From Rhabdothermincola salaria (GTDB lineage Bacteria; Actinomycetota; Acidimicrobiia; Acidimicrobiales; Acidimicrobilacustridaceae), in NCBI RefSeq assembly GCF_021246445.1, contig NZ_JAJQXW010000001.1, forward strand, positions 806,001 through 870,000: 64,000 nt of DNA. Direction: 5' to 3'. The position numbers and the translations under genes were made by a program. Below are positions 31,924 through 42,138 of the stretch, in pieces (position 1 is the first letter of the stretch; the number at the start of each line of letters is the position of its first letter). The notes below the pieces were generated by a model, which did no database searches, had not been told where the DNA came from, and saw nothing but the letters and a program-made list of their open reading frames with translations.

Positions 31924-32622
31924 GTGACCCCCTCCGACCCCACGCTGGCCGAGCGGGTGCCGGAACCGGCGCTCATGGAGGACAGGGACCAGGCCCGCGC
32001 CTACAGCGAGGGCGACTTCGCGGCGGCGCACGAGGCGATCGTCGACGACGTGGTGCGGCGTCACCCGGAGCTCGGTCGCGGCGCCGGCCTCGAGGTCGTC
32101 GATCTCGGATGCGGCCCGGCCGATGTCACCGTCCGCCTGGCCCGACGGCTCCCCGAGGCGTCGGTGCTCGGGCTCGACGCCGGGCCCGTCATGTTGGGCC
32201 TGGCCCGGGCCCGGATCGACGCCCTCGGCCTGGCCGTCCGGGTGACGGTGGCCGAGGCCCGTCTGCCCGACGTCGACGAGGACCTGTCCGGCCGGTTCGG
32301 GCTGGTGGTGTCCAACAGCGTGCTGCACCACCTCGACGATCCCGGTGCGCTGTGGTCCTCGGTGAAGGTGCTGGGAGCCCCGGGGGGCGCCGTGCACGTG
32401 GCCGACCTCTGCCGCCCCGGCGACGGCGCCACCCTCGACGATCTGGTGGCCCGCCACGCGACGGGTGAGCCCGACGTGCTGGTCGAGGACTTCCGCAACT
32501 CCTTGGCGGCGGCGTACCGCCCCGACGAGGTCAGGGACCAGTTGGTGACCGCCGGGCTCGATGCCCTGCGCGTCGACGTCATCTCGGATCGCCACCTCGT
32601 GGTCTGGGGACGTCTGCCGTGA
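31924..32622 (+). CDS. Class I SAM-dependent methyltransferase
   Basis: ERVPEPALM, VVDLGCGPA, SNSVLHHL. Confidence 0.88.
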   Translation: MTPSDPTLAERVPEPALMEDRDQARAYSEGDFAAAHEAIVDDVVRRHPELGRGAGLEVVDLGCGPADVTVRLARRLPEASVLGLDAGPVMLGLARARIDALGLAVRVTVAEARLPDVDEDLSGRFGLVVSNSVLHHLDDPGALWSSVKVLGAPGGAVHVADLCRPGDGATLDDLVARHATGEPDVLVEDFRNSLAAAYRPDEVRDQLVTAGLDALRVDVISDRHLVVWGRLP

Positions 32623-32694
32623 CACAGGTCGACGCCCGCGTCGCCCTACGCTCGTCGTCCGTGCCCTGCGGTCCTGCCTCCCTCGCCCCGGCTC

Positions 32695-33969
32695 GTGGCT
32701 GACGACGCCCCGGGGCCGTCCCCCGAACCGGCGGCCCGTCGGGTGATCGGGCGGTCCGTCGATGCCGAACTGCGCCACGTGGTGGTGGGGACACCGGCGC
32801 GACCGGAGAGCTCAGGAGCGCCCTCGGCGCCGGCGGTGGGCGCGGCGGCGAGCGCCCCGGCACCGCCCGCCGTGGCCCCGTCGCCGGCCAAGCGCCCCGT
32901 CACGGTCATCGGGCGTAGTTCGAGCTCGTCGCCGGCCCCGTCGCTCGCGGCCTCCCCGCCACCCCCCGGGGTGCCCCCGGGCGGGCGCCGAGGGGGAGGA
33001 GGAGGCGCTCGGCCGCCTCGCCGAGCCCGAGGTGTCCCGTGGCGCCGCCTCGTCGTCTTCGCGGTCGTGGCGCTGCTGGCCCTGCCGGTGGGCTTGTTCC
33101 TGTTCGGCTGGTGGCAGTTCTCGCGCATCCCCCGCGTCGACGTCGCCGCCGCCCTCTCCTCCAGCAGCGGTGCCGGCGGCACGAACTACCTCATCGTGGG
33201 CACCGACTCGCGCGAGGGCATCTCCCCCGACGACCCCAACGCCGGGGCCTTCCTGGCCGAGGACGTGGCGGGGGCGCGCACCGACACGATCATGGTCCTG
33301 CGCATGGAGAGCGGAGGGGCGCGGCTCCTGTCGATCCCCCGTGACCTCTGGGTGCAGAACCCGGCGACGGGCGAGATGGGCCGGGTGAACTCCACCTTCG
33401 CCGAGGGACCCGCCAACCTCGTCACCGCGGTGCGCAACCTCGGCATCCCCGTCGAGCACTACCTCGAGATCAACTTCGTCAGCTTCGGGCGGCTGGTCGA
33501 CGCGGTGGGAGGCATCACCATCGACGTGCCCGCGCCCGCCCGCGACGCCAACTCCGGGCTCCAGATCGACACGGCCGGCCCTGTCACCCTCGACGGCACC
33601 CAGGCCCTGGCCTACGTCCGCAGCCGGTACTACGAAGAACTGGTGGACGGCACGTGGCGACCCGATCCGACCGGCGACATCGGGCGCACCGAGCGCCAAC
33701 GAGAGTTCCTCAGCGCCATGATGTCGGCCATCGGCGGCGAACGGAACCCGCTCTCGCTGGCCCGGATCCCCGGTTCGCTCGGCGCCGGCATGAAGATCGA
33801 CGACGCCCTCGGCTACCTCGACGCGCTCCGCCTGGCCTGGGACTTCCGGGGGGCATCACCCGACGCGGTGGCCCTCCCCGTCACCCCACGGACGACCTCG
33901 GGAGGCGCCGCCGTGCTGGAGCTGCAAGAGCCCGGTGCGGCCGAGATCATCGCGAGCTTCGGCCAGTGA
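32695..33969 (+). CDS. LCP (LytR-CpsA-Psr) family cell-wall ligase
   Basis: Pro-rich tail plus single TM; NYLIVGTDSR, RTDTIM, SIPRD, ALAYVRSR, DIGRTERQ; start uncertain. Confidence 0.9.
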   Translation: MADDAPGPSPEPAARRVIGRSVDAELRHVVVGTPARPESSGAPSAPAVGAAASAPAPPAVAPSPAKRPVTVIGRSSSSSPAPSLAASPPPPGVPPGGRRGGGGGARPPRRARGVPWRRLVVFAVVALLALPVGLFLFGWWQFSRIPRVDVAAALSSSSGAGGTNYLIVGTDSREGISPDDPNAGAFLAEDVAGARTDTIMVLRMESGGARLLSIPRDLWVQNPATGEMGRVNSTFAEGPANLVTAVRNLGIPVEHYLEINFVSFGRLVDAVGGITIDVPAPARDANSGLQIDTAGPVTLDGTQALAYVRSRYYEELVDGTWRPDPTGDIGRTERQREFLSAMMSAIGGERNPLSLARIPGSLGAGMKIDDALGYLDALRLAWDFRGASPDAVALPVTPRTTSGGAAVLELQEPGAAEIIASFGQ

Positions 33970-35237
33970 GCCCGGCCCCGCCCCTGGTCGTGGTCGACGC
34001 ACGCGTCGACGGCCGTCCCACCAACGTGCGGTGCCGTGACGGGGTGATCGACGCCATGGGCCCCGAGGTCGTCGTGGCGGCTGGCGACGAGGTCGTCGAC
34101 GCCCGGGGCATGGCGCTGGTCACGGGCCTGGTCAACGCCCACACCCACGCCGCCATGACCCTCCTGCGCAGCTTCGGCGACGACCTGCACCTCATGCCCT
34201 GGCTCGAGGAGAGGGTGTGGCCCGCCGAGGCCCGGCTCACCGCCGACGACGTCTACTGGGCCACCCGGCTGGCCGCGCTCGAGATGATCCGCGGCGGCAC
34301 GGTGCACTTCGTCGACATGTACTGGCACGCCGAGGCCGTCGGCCGGGCGGCGGCCGACGCCGGTTTGCGCACCACCGCCAGCCAGGTGCTGATCGACGGC
34401 GGGCCCGGCAACCCCGGCGCCGACACCGGTGCCCTGCTCGCCACCGCCGAGGCCTCCCTCGAGGAGCTGGGCCGGCTCGGCCCTTTGGTCGTGGCGTCGC
34501 TCGGCCCCCACGCCGTGTACACGGTCTCCCCCCGGTCCCTCGAGGCGCTCGGCGAGCTGGCCGACCGCACCGGGGCCCCCGTGCACATCCACCTCTCCGA
34601 GACCGAGGGCGAGAACACCGCCAGCGTGGCCGCCACGGGGGCTCGGCCCACCGCCCTGCTGGAGCGTCACGGCCTGCTGGGCCCGCGCACCGTCGTCGCC
34701 CACGGGTGCTGGCTCGATGACGACGAGCTCGCCCTGCTCGCCGAACGGGGCACCACCGTGGCCACCAACCCGGTCTCCAACATGAAGTTGGCGGCCGGCA
34801 CCTTCCCGTGGACACGGGCCCGGGCGGCGGGCACCTCGGTGGCCATCGGCACCGACGGCACCGCATCGAACAACGCCCTCGACCTGTTGGGTGACCTCAA
34901 GGTGCTGGCCTTGGTGCACAAGGGCGGCTCGGGCGACCCGACGGTGCTCCCGGCCGAGGAGGCCTGGGCCACCGCCCTGGCCGCCTCGTCACCCCTGCTG
35001 GGCGGCGACCGCCTCACCCCGGGGGCCCCCGCCGACCTCCTGCTCATCGACACCGAACGGCCGGAGATGGTGCCCGGTCCGCTGCTCGAGAACCTGGTGT
35101 ACGCGGCCAACGGCTCGGTGGTCGACACGACCGTCGTCGCCGGTCGGGTGCTCATGGAGGGCCGCACGGTCGCGGGTGAGGCCGAGGTCATCGCCGAGGT
35201 GCGCTCCCGCGCCGAGCGGATCCGCGGCGGCGCCTGA
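33966..35237 (+). CDS. 5'-methylthioadenosine/SAH deaminase-like amidohydrolase
   Basis: GLVNAHTHAAM, HIHLSET, NPVSNMKLA, GTDG..SNN. Confidence 0.82.
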   Translation: MSPAPPLVVVDARVDGRPTNVRCRDGVIDAMGPEVVVAAGDEVVDARGMALVTGLVNAHTHAAMTLLRSFGDDLHLMPWLEERVWPAEARLTADDVYWATRLAALEMIRGGTVHFVDMYWHAEAVGRAAADAGLRTTASQVLIDGGPGNPGADTGALLATAEASLEELGRLGPLVVASLGPHAVYTVSPRSLEALGELADRTGAPVHIHLSETEGENTASVAATGARPTALLERHGLLGPRTVVAHGCWLDDDELALLAERGTTVATNPVSNMKLAAGTFPWTRARAAGTSVAIGTDGTASNNALDLLGDLKVLALVHKGGSGDPTVLPAEEAWATALAASSPLLGGDRLTPGAPADLLLIDTERPEMVPGPLLENLVYAANGSVVDTTVVAGRVLMEGRTVAGEAEVIAEVRSRAERIRGGA

Positions 35238-37781
35238 GTGCTGCGCCTCCTGCGGGCGAACCTCCGCGGCCACGCGCTGCGCCTCGCCCTCACCGGCTTC
35301 GCCGTGGTCGTCGGCGTGGCCTTCCTGGTCGCCACCCTGCTGCTGTCGGGCGCTCTCGACCGCAGCATCGACGGCATCGGTGCCGACGAGATCTCCGGTG
35401 TCGCCCTGGTGCGAGCGCCGTTGCCCTTCGACGCCGACGACAGCGGCGGCGGCAGCCTCGGCGTCCTCGCCACTCGCCCCCCACTGCCCGCGACGGTGGT
35501 CGACGCGGCGGCCGCTATCGAGGGGGTCCGCCTCGCGGCGGGTGTGGTGAGCGCCCCCGGGGTGCTCACCGACGTGTCCCTGCCCTTCGCGCCGGGCGAC
35601 GACGCCCCGGCCGAGGTCACCACCTGGATCGGTGACCCGGAGCTCGACGGCGCCACCCTCGATCTCGGGCGGGCCCCGGTCAGCGTCGACGAGGTCGTGC
35701 TGCGATCGGCCGACGCCACCATGTTCGAGGTCGGGGTGGGCGACACGCTCGACATCTCGCTGCGCGACGGGGCCCGGACCCTCACCGTCGTCGGGCTGGC
35801 CGAACCCACCACCAGTGCGGCCTTGAGCTTCGACACGGTCCTCGGCGTCGCCCCGACCGCCGGCCCCCTGCTGGGGGCACCGGAGGGCTTCGTCGACGAG
35901 GTGCGCGTGGCGGCCGCCGAAGGGGTGGCCCAAGAAGAGCTCATCCGCCGGCTGGAGGCCGCACTCGGACCCGCGGTCGAGGTCGCTCCCGGCGACGAGC
36001 TGGTCCAGGCCATACGCGACCTCGTGCGCCTCCTGGCCTCGGCTGCGACGGGCTTCTTCGTCGTGTTCGCCGGCATCGCCCTCTTCGTCGGGGGCTTCAT
36101 CATCTTCAACACCTTCTCGATCCTCCTGGCCCGCCGAGGGCGCGAGATCGCCCTGATGCGAGCAATCGGGGCCGGGCGACGACAGGTCCTGGGCGCGTTG
36201 CTGGCCGAGGGCCTCCTCACCGGCCTGCTGGCCTCGCTGCTCGGGCTGTTGGTGGGCGGTGGCCTCTTCCTCGCCGTCCGGGTGGGCGCGGCCGTGGTCG
36301 CCGACGCGGAGATCGCTCTCGTCCTCCAGCCATCGCTGCTGTTGGCGGCGGCCGCCGGCGTGGCGGTCACCACCGTCGCCGCGGTCGTGCCGGCCCGGAG
36401 AGCCGCGTCGATCCCTCCGATCGCCGCGCTGCGGGAGAGCGCGCTCGACGCCGAGGTCCGCCCCTGGCGTCGCGGCCTCATCGGTGCCGGCGAGGTGATC
36501 GTCGGCGGTGGGCTGCTCCTCTGGGGCCTGGTCGGCCAACCCCCCCGCCGGGAGGCCGTGGTCGGGGTCGGGTTGGCGCTGCTCTTCGTGGCCGTGACCA
36601 CCCTGGGGCCGCTGGCCGCCGGGCGCTTCACCTCGGTGGTCGGATGGCCGCTGGAACGGGCCACGGGGCCCACGGGTCGCCTCGGACGGGCCAACGCCGT
36701 GCGCAACCCCCGCCGGACGGCCTCCACCGCGGCCGCGCTGATGATCGGTGTGACCCTCGTCGTGCTGGTGGCCACGTTCGCCGAGTCGCTCAAGGCCACC
36801 TCGGCCAGTCGCCTCACGTCGTCCTACGCCGCGGACGTCATCGTGAGCGGCGGCAGCACGCTCGGCGTGCCCGACGAGACCGTCGACGCGATCGGCGCCA
36901 CCGACGGCGTCGAGCTCGCGGTGGCGCTGCGGGCGACGTCGGCGGGGATCGGTGACGAGGTCCGCACGGTCATCGGCGCCGAGCCGGATGCGCTCGAGGA
37001 GGTCGTGGTGGCCGACGTGCGCGACGGAGACCTGCGCGCCCTCACCGATCGTGGCATCGCCCTGCGGGCCGGGCTGGCCGACGACCTCGGTGTGGCCGTG
37101 GGCGACGCCATCACCGTGGACCTGCCCACCGCTCGTCGGACCCTCGAGGTGGTGGCCGTCTACGGCGTCGACGACGTCCTCGCCGACGCCGTGATCACCC
37201 CTGCGGCCTTCACCGCTGGCGTCGCCCCGCCGGACCTCGTCGTACGCGAGGTGCTGGTGGCCGGAGCCGCGGGCGATGGCGCCGCGCTCGGTCGACTCGA
37301 GACCGCCGTCGAGGCGGTGGCCGAGGGAGCACCCCAGGTCGAGGTGTCCACGCCTCAGGGGCAGGCCGACGCCCTCGCCGGGGCGATCGACCTGGCGCTG
37401 GTGATCGTCTACGGGTTGTTGGCCCTCTCGGTGGCGATCGCCCTGCTCGGCATCGCCAACTCCCTCGCCCTCTCGGTGTTCGAACGGCGCCACGAGCTCG
37501 GTTTGTTGCGGGCCGTGGGCATGACCGCCAGCCAGGCGGCAGCCACCGTGCGGGGGGAGGCCGTGCTCGTCGCCCTGTTCGGCACCGCCCAGGGGGTGGT
37601 GCTCGGCCTCGCGTTCGGTGCCGCCGTGGTGGCCGCCCAGTCCGATGCCGTGCTGGCCCTGCCGTGGGTGACGGTGGCCGTGGCGTTCGTGGTCGCCGTC
37701 GGGGCCGGGGTCCTCGCCGCCGTGGTGCCCGCCTGGCGGGCGGGACGCACCGACATCGTCTCGGCCCTGGGGTCGACGTGA
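35238..37781 (+). CDS. ABC transporter permease, duplicated FtsX/MacB type
   Basis: Two repeats: IFNTFSILLARRGREIALMRAIGA and IANSLALSVFERRHELGLLRAVG; RNPRRTASTA linker. Confidence 0.9.
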   Translation: MLRLLRANLRGHALRLALTGFAVVVGVAFLVATLLLSGALDRSIDGIGADEISGVALVRAPLPFDADDSGGGSLGVLATRPPLPATVVDAAAAIEGVRLAAGVVSAPGVLTDVSLPFAPGDDAPAEVTTWIGDPELDGATLDLGRAPVSVDEVVLRSADATMFEVGVGDTLDISLRDGARTLTVVGLAEPTTSAALSFDTVLGVAPTAGPLLGAPEGFVDEVRVAAAEGVAQEELIRRLEAALGPAVEVAPGDELVQAIRDLVRLLASAATGFFVVFAGIALFVGGFIIFNTFSILLARRGREIALMRAIGAGRRQVLGALLAEGLLTGLLASLLGLLVGGGLFLAVRVGAAVVADAEIALVLQPSLLLAAAAGVAVTTVAAVVPARRAASIPPIAALRESALDAEVRPWRRGLIGAGEVIVGGGLLLWGLVGQPPRREAVVGVGLALLFVAVTTLGPLAAGRFTSVVGWPLERATGPTGRLGRANAVRNPRRTASTAAALMIGVTLVVLVATFAESLKATSASRLTSSYAADVIVSGGSTLGVPDETVDAIGATDGVELAVALRATSAGIGDEVRTVIGAEPDALEEVVVADVRDGDLRALTDRGIALRAGLADDLGVAVGDAITVDLPTARRTLEVVAVYGVDDVLADAVITPAAFTAGVAPPDLVVREVLVAGAAGDGAALGRLETAVEAVAEGAPQVEVSTPQGQADALAGAIDLALVIVYGLLALSVAIALLGIANSLALSVFERRHELGLLRAVGMTASQAAATVRGEAVLVALFGTAQGVVLGLAFGAAVVAAQSDAVLALPWVTVAVAFVVAVGAGVLAAVVPAWRAGRTDIVSALGST

Positions 37782-37797
37782 CGGCGCCGGGGCTCCG

Positions 37798-38220
37798 ATG
37801 AGCCGCCCCGAGGAGGACGTGACCCCCCTTTGGCTGTCGCACCACTGGCCCGACGACTACGAGCGTTGCACCCTCGTGGGCGGTCGCCACGTCTGCCGCC
37901 GGTGCCTGTGGATGTATCCGTTGGCCTTCGGAGTGCTCGTCGTCGGGGTGCTGGGGGTGCGACTGCCTCCGACGGTGGAGATCGCGGGCTACGCCGTGGC
38001 GACCCTGCCGGCGCTGGTGGACTTCGTGCTCGAGCACCTGGGGTGGTCGAGGCCGTCGCCGCGCCGGATGGTGATCGTGAGCGTGCCCCTCGGGGTCGGG
38101 CTGGGGCTCGGGTTCACCCGGTACGTCCATGCCCCGGGCGATCCGTGGTTCTGGGCGATCACCGTGGCCTACGCCGGCGTCGCCGGGGCGGCCTGGCTGA
38201 CCGGCCGACGGTGGCGCTGA
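37798..38220 (+). CDS. Membrane protein, DUF2085-like
   Basis: SHH..ERC...HVCRRC..YP followed by about four TM helices. Confidence 0.6.
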   Translation: MSRPEEDVTPLWLSHHWPDDYERCTLVGGRHVCRRCLWMYPLAFGVLVVGVLGVRLPPTVEIAGYAVATLPALVDFVLEHLGWSRPSPRRMVIVSVPLGVGLGLGFTRYVHAPGDPWFWAITVAYAGVAGAAWLTGRRWR

Positions 38221-38229
38221 GCGCCGGGC

Positions 38230-38574
38230 TCAGCGAGCGATGACGGCGGTGCCGTAGGCCACGATCTCCGACAGGCCCTGGCCCACGTCGGAGGAGTCGA
38301 AGCGCACGCCCACCACGGCGTTGGCACCGAGCTCCTGGGCGTGGGCGACGAGGCGTTCGAGGGCGTGGCGTCGGGCTTCCTCCACCACCCCGGTGTACTC
38401 GGGCACCTCGCCCGCCTTCAGCGAGCGGATGCCGCCGGTGAACCCCTTGGCCAGGCCGACGCTGCGCACCACGAGACCGAAGCACAGGCCCACGTTCTGG
38501 TCCACGGAGAGCCCGGGCAGCTCGTAGGTGGTGGAGCACGGGATGGGCAGGGGGGTGGCGCCGGGTTCGGCCAT
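38230..38574 (-). CDS. YbjQ (UPF0145) family protein
   Basis: GEVPEYT..EEARRHALERL..AQELGANAVVGVRFD..EIVAYGTAV. Confidence 0.92.
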   Translation of the reverse strand: MAEPGATPLPIPCSTTYELPGLSVDQNVGLCFGLVVRSVGLAKGFTGGIRSLKAGEVPEYTGVVEEARRHALERLVAHAQELGANAVVGVRFDSSDVGQGLSEIVAYGTAVIAR

Positions 38575-38613
38575 GAGGATCCTCGGAGGGTCGGTTGCGG
38601 GTTGGGGGTGAGG

Positions 38614-39219
38614 TCAGTCGGCGATGCTGAGCATGACGTGGTCGGGCTTGGTGGCCGCGGCCTCGAGGACCTCGAAGGCGTTCTCGACCACCGGCACCAG
38701 GTCCTGGTGGTGGCGGAAGGCGGCCCGGTCGAGGCGGCGCATCCGATCGAGACCCGTGAGGAGGTCCTCGTGGGCCAGCCAGCCCTTGTTCCCGAGCCGG
38801 AGGTGCGGGGACAGCACGGCCGAGAGACCGTCGCTGCCGAAGCGTTCGGTGAGCTGGATCAGCTCGCGCCCCCGGGCCAGCCGTCGGGCCTCGCACGGCG
38901 GCCAGCCGAGGTCCGGGAGCCGTCGGCGCAGCAGGTCAGGGGCGTGGAAGGCCCTGGTGGGGATGAGGTAGGGCGCCATGAGCACCCGGTACCAGTCGGT
39001 GAGGTACGACGCGTCGGTGCCGTTCATCCACTCATCCGGATGTGAGACGGGGAGGACCTCGAGGTAGGAGCGCACGATGGGATCGGTGCTGACCCAGGTG
39101 CGCAGTGCCTGTTCCCGAACGGCCACGTCACCGTCGGGCGATCGCCGGAGCGCCTCGAGATCGAGGTGGAACTCGATCGGGTCGAGCATCCACGCACGGC
39201 TCATCATCGACATGGGCAC
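38614..39219 (-). CDS. Hypothetical protein
   Basis: 201-aa ORF with typical codon bias and GAGG RBS; no family recognised. Confidence 0.65.
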   Translation of the reverse strand: MPMSMMSRAWMLDPIEFHLDLEALRRSPDGDVAVREQALRTWVSTDPIVRSYLEVLPVSHPDEWMNGTDASYLTDWYRVLMAPYLIPTRAFHAPDLLRRRLPDLGWPPCEARRLARGRELIQLTERFGSDGLSAVLSPHLRLGNKGWLAHEDLLTGLDRMRRLDRAAFRHHQDLVPVVENAFEVLEAAATKPDHVMLSIAD

Positions 39220-39293
39220 CCCCTCATCTCGTGGGTTCCCTCAATGCTGACGCGTCGGTGCCCTCCCTGGGTGGATGCTGCGTCGTCCGGCGT

Positions 39294-39893
39294 TCACCCA
39301 GGTGAACGCAGGGCGTCGACGAGGGCTTCGACCACCGGCCGCAGCGGTGGCGCGGGAGCGGCCTCGATGGAGTCCATGGTGCAGAACACCTCCGTGACGA
39401 AGGCCCGGCCCTGCAGGGTGCACAGCACCGAGCAGGTGGGTCCGCCCTCGAAGCGCACCAGTACCTCGAGCAGGCCCAGCTGGCGATCGACGTAGCCGAC
39501 GGAACCGACGCGGGCAGCCGCGTCGAGCAGCAGGGCGAAGGCTTCCGAGGGCGGCACGGTGATGGCGATGGTGTCGCCATCGACGGTGTCGGCCTCGGTC
39601 GCCTCGGTGGGACCCGGGGCCCCGGTGGGCGGACGCCCTTCGGCCGCCGTCCGGGCCGACGCGCTCGGCGGCGTCGGCGCGGGGGCCGGCACCAGCTCGC
39701 CCCCTGTCGCGAGGGTCGCGGCCCGGACCGTGGCGAAGGCGGCCGTGATGCGGGCCGTGCGGGCGGTGGCGTCCGGCTCGTGGCGCAGATCCGGGTGGCT
39801 GCGGCGCACCAGCGAGCGATAGACGAGTCGCACGTCCGCCAGGGGCGTGCCCGGCACCACGCCGAGCACCCCCAACGCCTCGGTCAGCGACAT
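39294..39893 (-). CDS. J-domain (DnaJ class C) protein with uncharacterised C-terminal domain
   Basis: ALGVLGV..VRLVYRSLVRRSHPD..ITAAF; Pro/Ala linker. Confidence 0.8.
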   Translation of the reverse strand: MSLTEALGVLGVVPGTPLADVRLVYRSLVRRSHPDLRHEPDATARTARITAAFATVRAATLATGGELVPAPAPTPPSASARTAAEGRPPTGAPGPTEATEADTVDGDTIAITVPPSEAFALLLDAAARVGSVGYVDRQLGLLEVLVRFEGGPTCSVLCTLQGRAFVTEVFCTMDSIEAAPAPPLRPVVEALVDALRSPG

Positions 39894-39908
39894 TGAGGCC
39901 ACCGTCGT

Positions 39909-40400
39909 TCAGTCCCGGGGACCGGGCAGCACCGCCTGGGTGCGGATCACCCTCGAGTCGTCGGCCCCGACGACCACGAGCGCCACGGCGTGGCCCACGC
40001 CGTCGCAGGGGAGGGTCACCACGAAGGGACCCTCGACGGGCACGGGCCCGGCCACCTGGGTGCCGTCGACGATCACGGTGGCGGCGACCGCCCTCCGGGC
40101 CTCCCACTCGACGGTTGCGTCGTAGGTGGGCTCGGTGCACGACAGCGGCGCTCGCACGGCGAAGGAGTCGACCACCACGCCGGTCGGTGCCGCCTCGGTG
40201 GTGGTCGTGTCGCCGATCGCGGTGGTCGTCGGTACCAGGCTGTCGGGCAGCGAGATGGTCGTGGTGTCGGTGGCCGGTGCCCCGTCGGTGGTCTGGTCGT
40301 CGCTGCAGCCGACACCGACGAGGGCGAGCACGGCGAGCACGGCGAGGGCGAAGGGGGCCGGCCGGCGAGGCACCGGAGAGCGGGGCGGGGGGATGACCAC
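39909..40400 (-). CDS. Putative lipoprotein
   Basis: Signal peptide with lipobox VGVG-C; Thr-rich linker; two further Cys. Confidence 0.7.
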   Translation of the reverse strand: MVIPPPRSPVPRRPAPFALAVLAVLALVGVGCSDDQTTDGAPATDTTTISLPDSLVPTTTAIGDTTTTEAAPTGVVVDSFAVRAPLSCTEPTYDATVEWEARRAVAATVIVDGTQVAGPVPVEGPFVVTLPCDGVGHAVALVVVGADDSRVIRTQAVLPGPRD

Positions 40401-40508
40401 GGCCCGAGGGTAGAGCCCGGCGGGGGAGTCGAGCAGAACCCGTTCCCGCGGGCCGTCGCCCGGGTCGACGGGTGCGCTCCAGGGCAACGGGCGTGCCACG
40501 ATGCGCAG

Positions 40509-42020
40509 GTGCTGCTCGACCTCGCGGCGACGGCGCCCGATCGGGTGGCCGTCACCGACCTCACCCGTTCGCTCACGCGGGCCGAGCTCGTCGATCGCGC
40601 CACCCGCCTCGGGCGCTGGTGGGGCGACGAGGGCGTGTCGCCCGGTGGGCACGTGGCCTGCCTGCTCGGGAACCGGTCGGAGGCGGTCGAGGCCGTGCTG
40701 GCGGCCACCTTGGCCGGGATGTGGCTCACGCCGGTGAACCGGCACCTCACCACGGAAGAGGTCCGCTACGTCCTCGACGACAGCGGCGCCACGGTCGTGG
40801 TGACCGACGCGGAGCACGCAGGACTGGTCCGGGAGGCGGCCGGCGACCGGACGGTCGTCGTCGCCGGTGCCGAGCTCGACCGTGTGCTCGCGGCGGCGCC
40901 GGACGAGCCGTTCCCCCTCACCGGCCCGGCCGGGGGCACCATGCTCTACACCAGCGGCACCACCGGTCGACCCAAGGGGGTCCGCCGGGCGGTGGCATCG
41001 GACCTCGGGGCCCAACTGCGCTCCCTGGCGGCCTCGGGACGCCCACTCGGGTTGCAGGGCCTGGGTGCCCACCTGGTCACCGGCCCGCTGCACCACGCCG
41101 CCCCGCTGGGATTCGCCCTCATCGACCTGCACAACGGCGCGCCGCTCGTCGTCATGCCCCGCTGGGACGAACGTCGTGCCCTCTCACTGATCGCCGAGCA
41201 CCAGGTCACCACCACCCACCTCGTGCCCACCATGTTCGTGCGCCTCCTGCGCCTCCCCGCAGACGAGCGGGCCGCCTTCGACCCGTCCCCGCTGCAGACC
41301 GTGCTGCACGGGGCGGCGCCCATCGCGCCGTCCGTGAAGCAGGCCATGATCGATTGGTGGGGGCCGGTGCTCGTCGAGTACTGGGGTGGCAGCGAGGGCG
41401 GCTACGTCACGGTGGCCGACAGCGAGGACTGGCTCAGCCACCCCGGCACCGTCGGTCGCCCCGTGTCGACCTACGAGGTGTACGCGACCGACGACGACGG
41501 CCGGCGCCTCCCGGCCGGGGAGACCGGCACGCTGTGGTGCCACAACGCACGCGTCGACCGCGTCTTCGAGTACCACCGGGCGCCGGAGAAGACCGCGGCC
41601 GCGTTCCGGGCACCCGGCACCTACACCCTGGGCGACATCGGCCGGGTCGACGCCGACGGTTACGTGTACCTCTCGGACCGTGCGGCCGACATGATCATCT
41701 CCGGAGGGGTCAACGTGTACCCGACCGAGGTCGCCCAGGCGCTTGCCGAGCACCCGGCCGTGGCCGACGTCGCGGTGTTCGGGATCCCTGACGAGGAGTG
41801 GGGTGAGCAGGTGAAGGCCGCGGTGGAGCTCCTCCCGGGCCACTCGGCCGGCCCGGACATGGAAGCCGAGCTGCTGGCGTTCGCCCGCGACCACCTGGCC
41901 GGCTACAAGGTGCCGCGGTCGGTCGACTTCGAGGAGCACCTGCCGCGGTACCCCACGGGCAAGCTCCACACGCGGGTACTGCGCGACCGCTACTGGCCCG
42001 ACGAGGGCCGCCGGATCTGA
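40509..42020 (+). CDS. Acyl-CoA synthetase (AMP-binding)
   Basis: YTSGTTGRPKG, YWGGSEG, TLGD, DMIISGGVNVYP, PTGKL. Confidence 0.92.
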   Translation: MLLDLAATAPDRVAVTDLTRSLTRAELVDRATRLGRWWGDEGVSPGGHVACLLGNRSEAVEAVLAATLAGMWLTPVNRHLTTEEVRYVLDDSGATVVVTDAEHAGLVREAAGDRTVVVAGAELDRVLAAAPDEPFPLTGPAGGTMLYTSGTTGRPKGVRRAVASDLGAQLRSLAASGRPLGLQGLGAHLVTGPLHHAAPLGFALIDLHNGAPLVVMPRWDERRALSLIAEHQVTTTHLVPTMFVRLLRLPADERAAFDPSPLQTVLHGAAPIAPSVKQAMIDWWGPVLVEYWGGSEGGYVTVADSEDWLSHPGTVGRPVSTYEVYATDDDGRRLPAGETGTLWCHNARVDRVFEYHRAPEKTAAAFRAPGTYTLGDIGRVDADGYVYLSDRAADMIISGGVNVYPTEVAQALAEHPAVADVAVFGIPDEEWGEQVKAAVELLPGHSAGPDMEAELLAFARDHLAGYKVPRSVDFEEHLPRYPTGKLHTRVLRDRYWPDEGRRI

Positions 42021-42059
42021 CGCTGACGACCCATGCCCCCGGCACTGCTCGCCCCGCGT

Positions 42060-42109
42060 CGTAGCGGTCGGCGCAGGGCGCTGACAGGTGACGCCCTCTC
42101 CCGACAGGT
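42060..42109. repeat. REP-like element, family B copy 2
   Basis: 38/50 ungapped identity to 13220-13269; lies between convergent genes. Confidence 0.6.
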
Positions 42110-42138
42110 TGGGGAGGGAGGGGCGACCTCGGGGCGGG

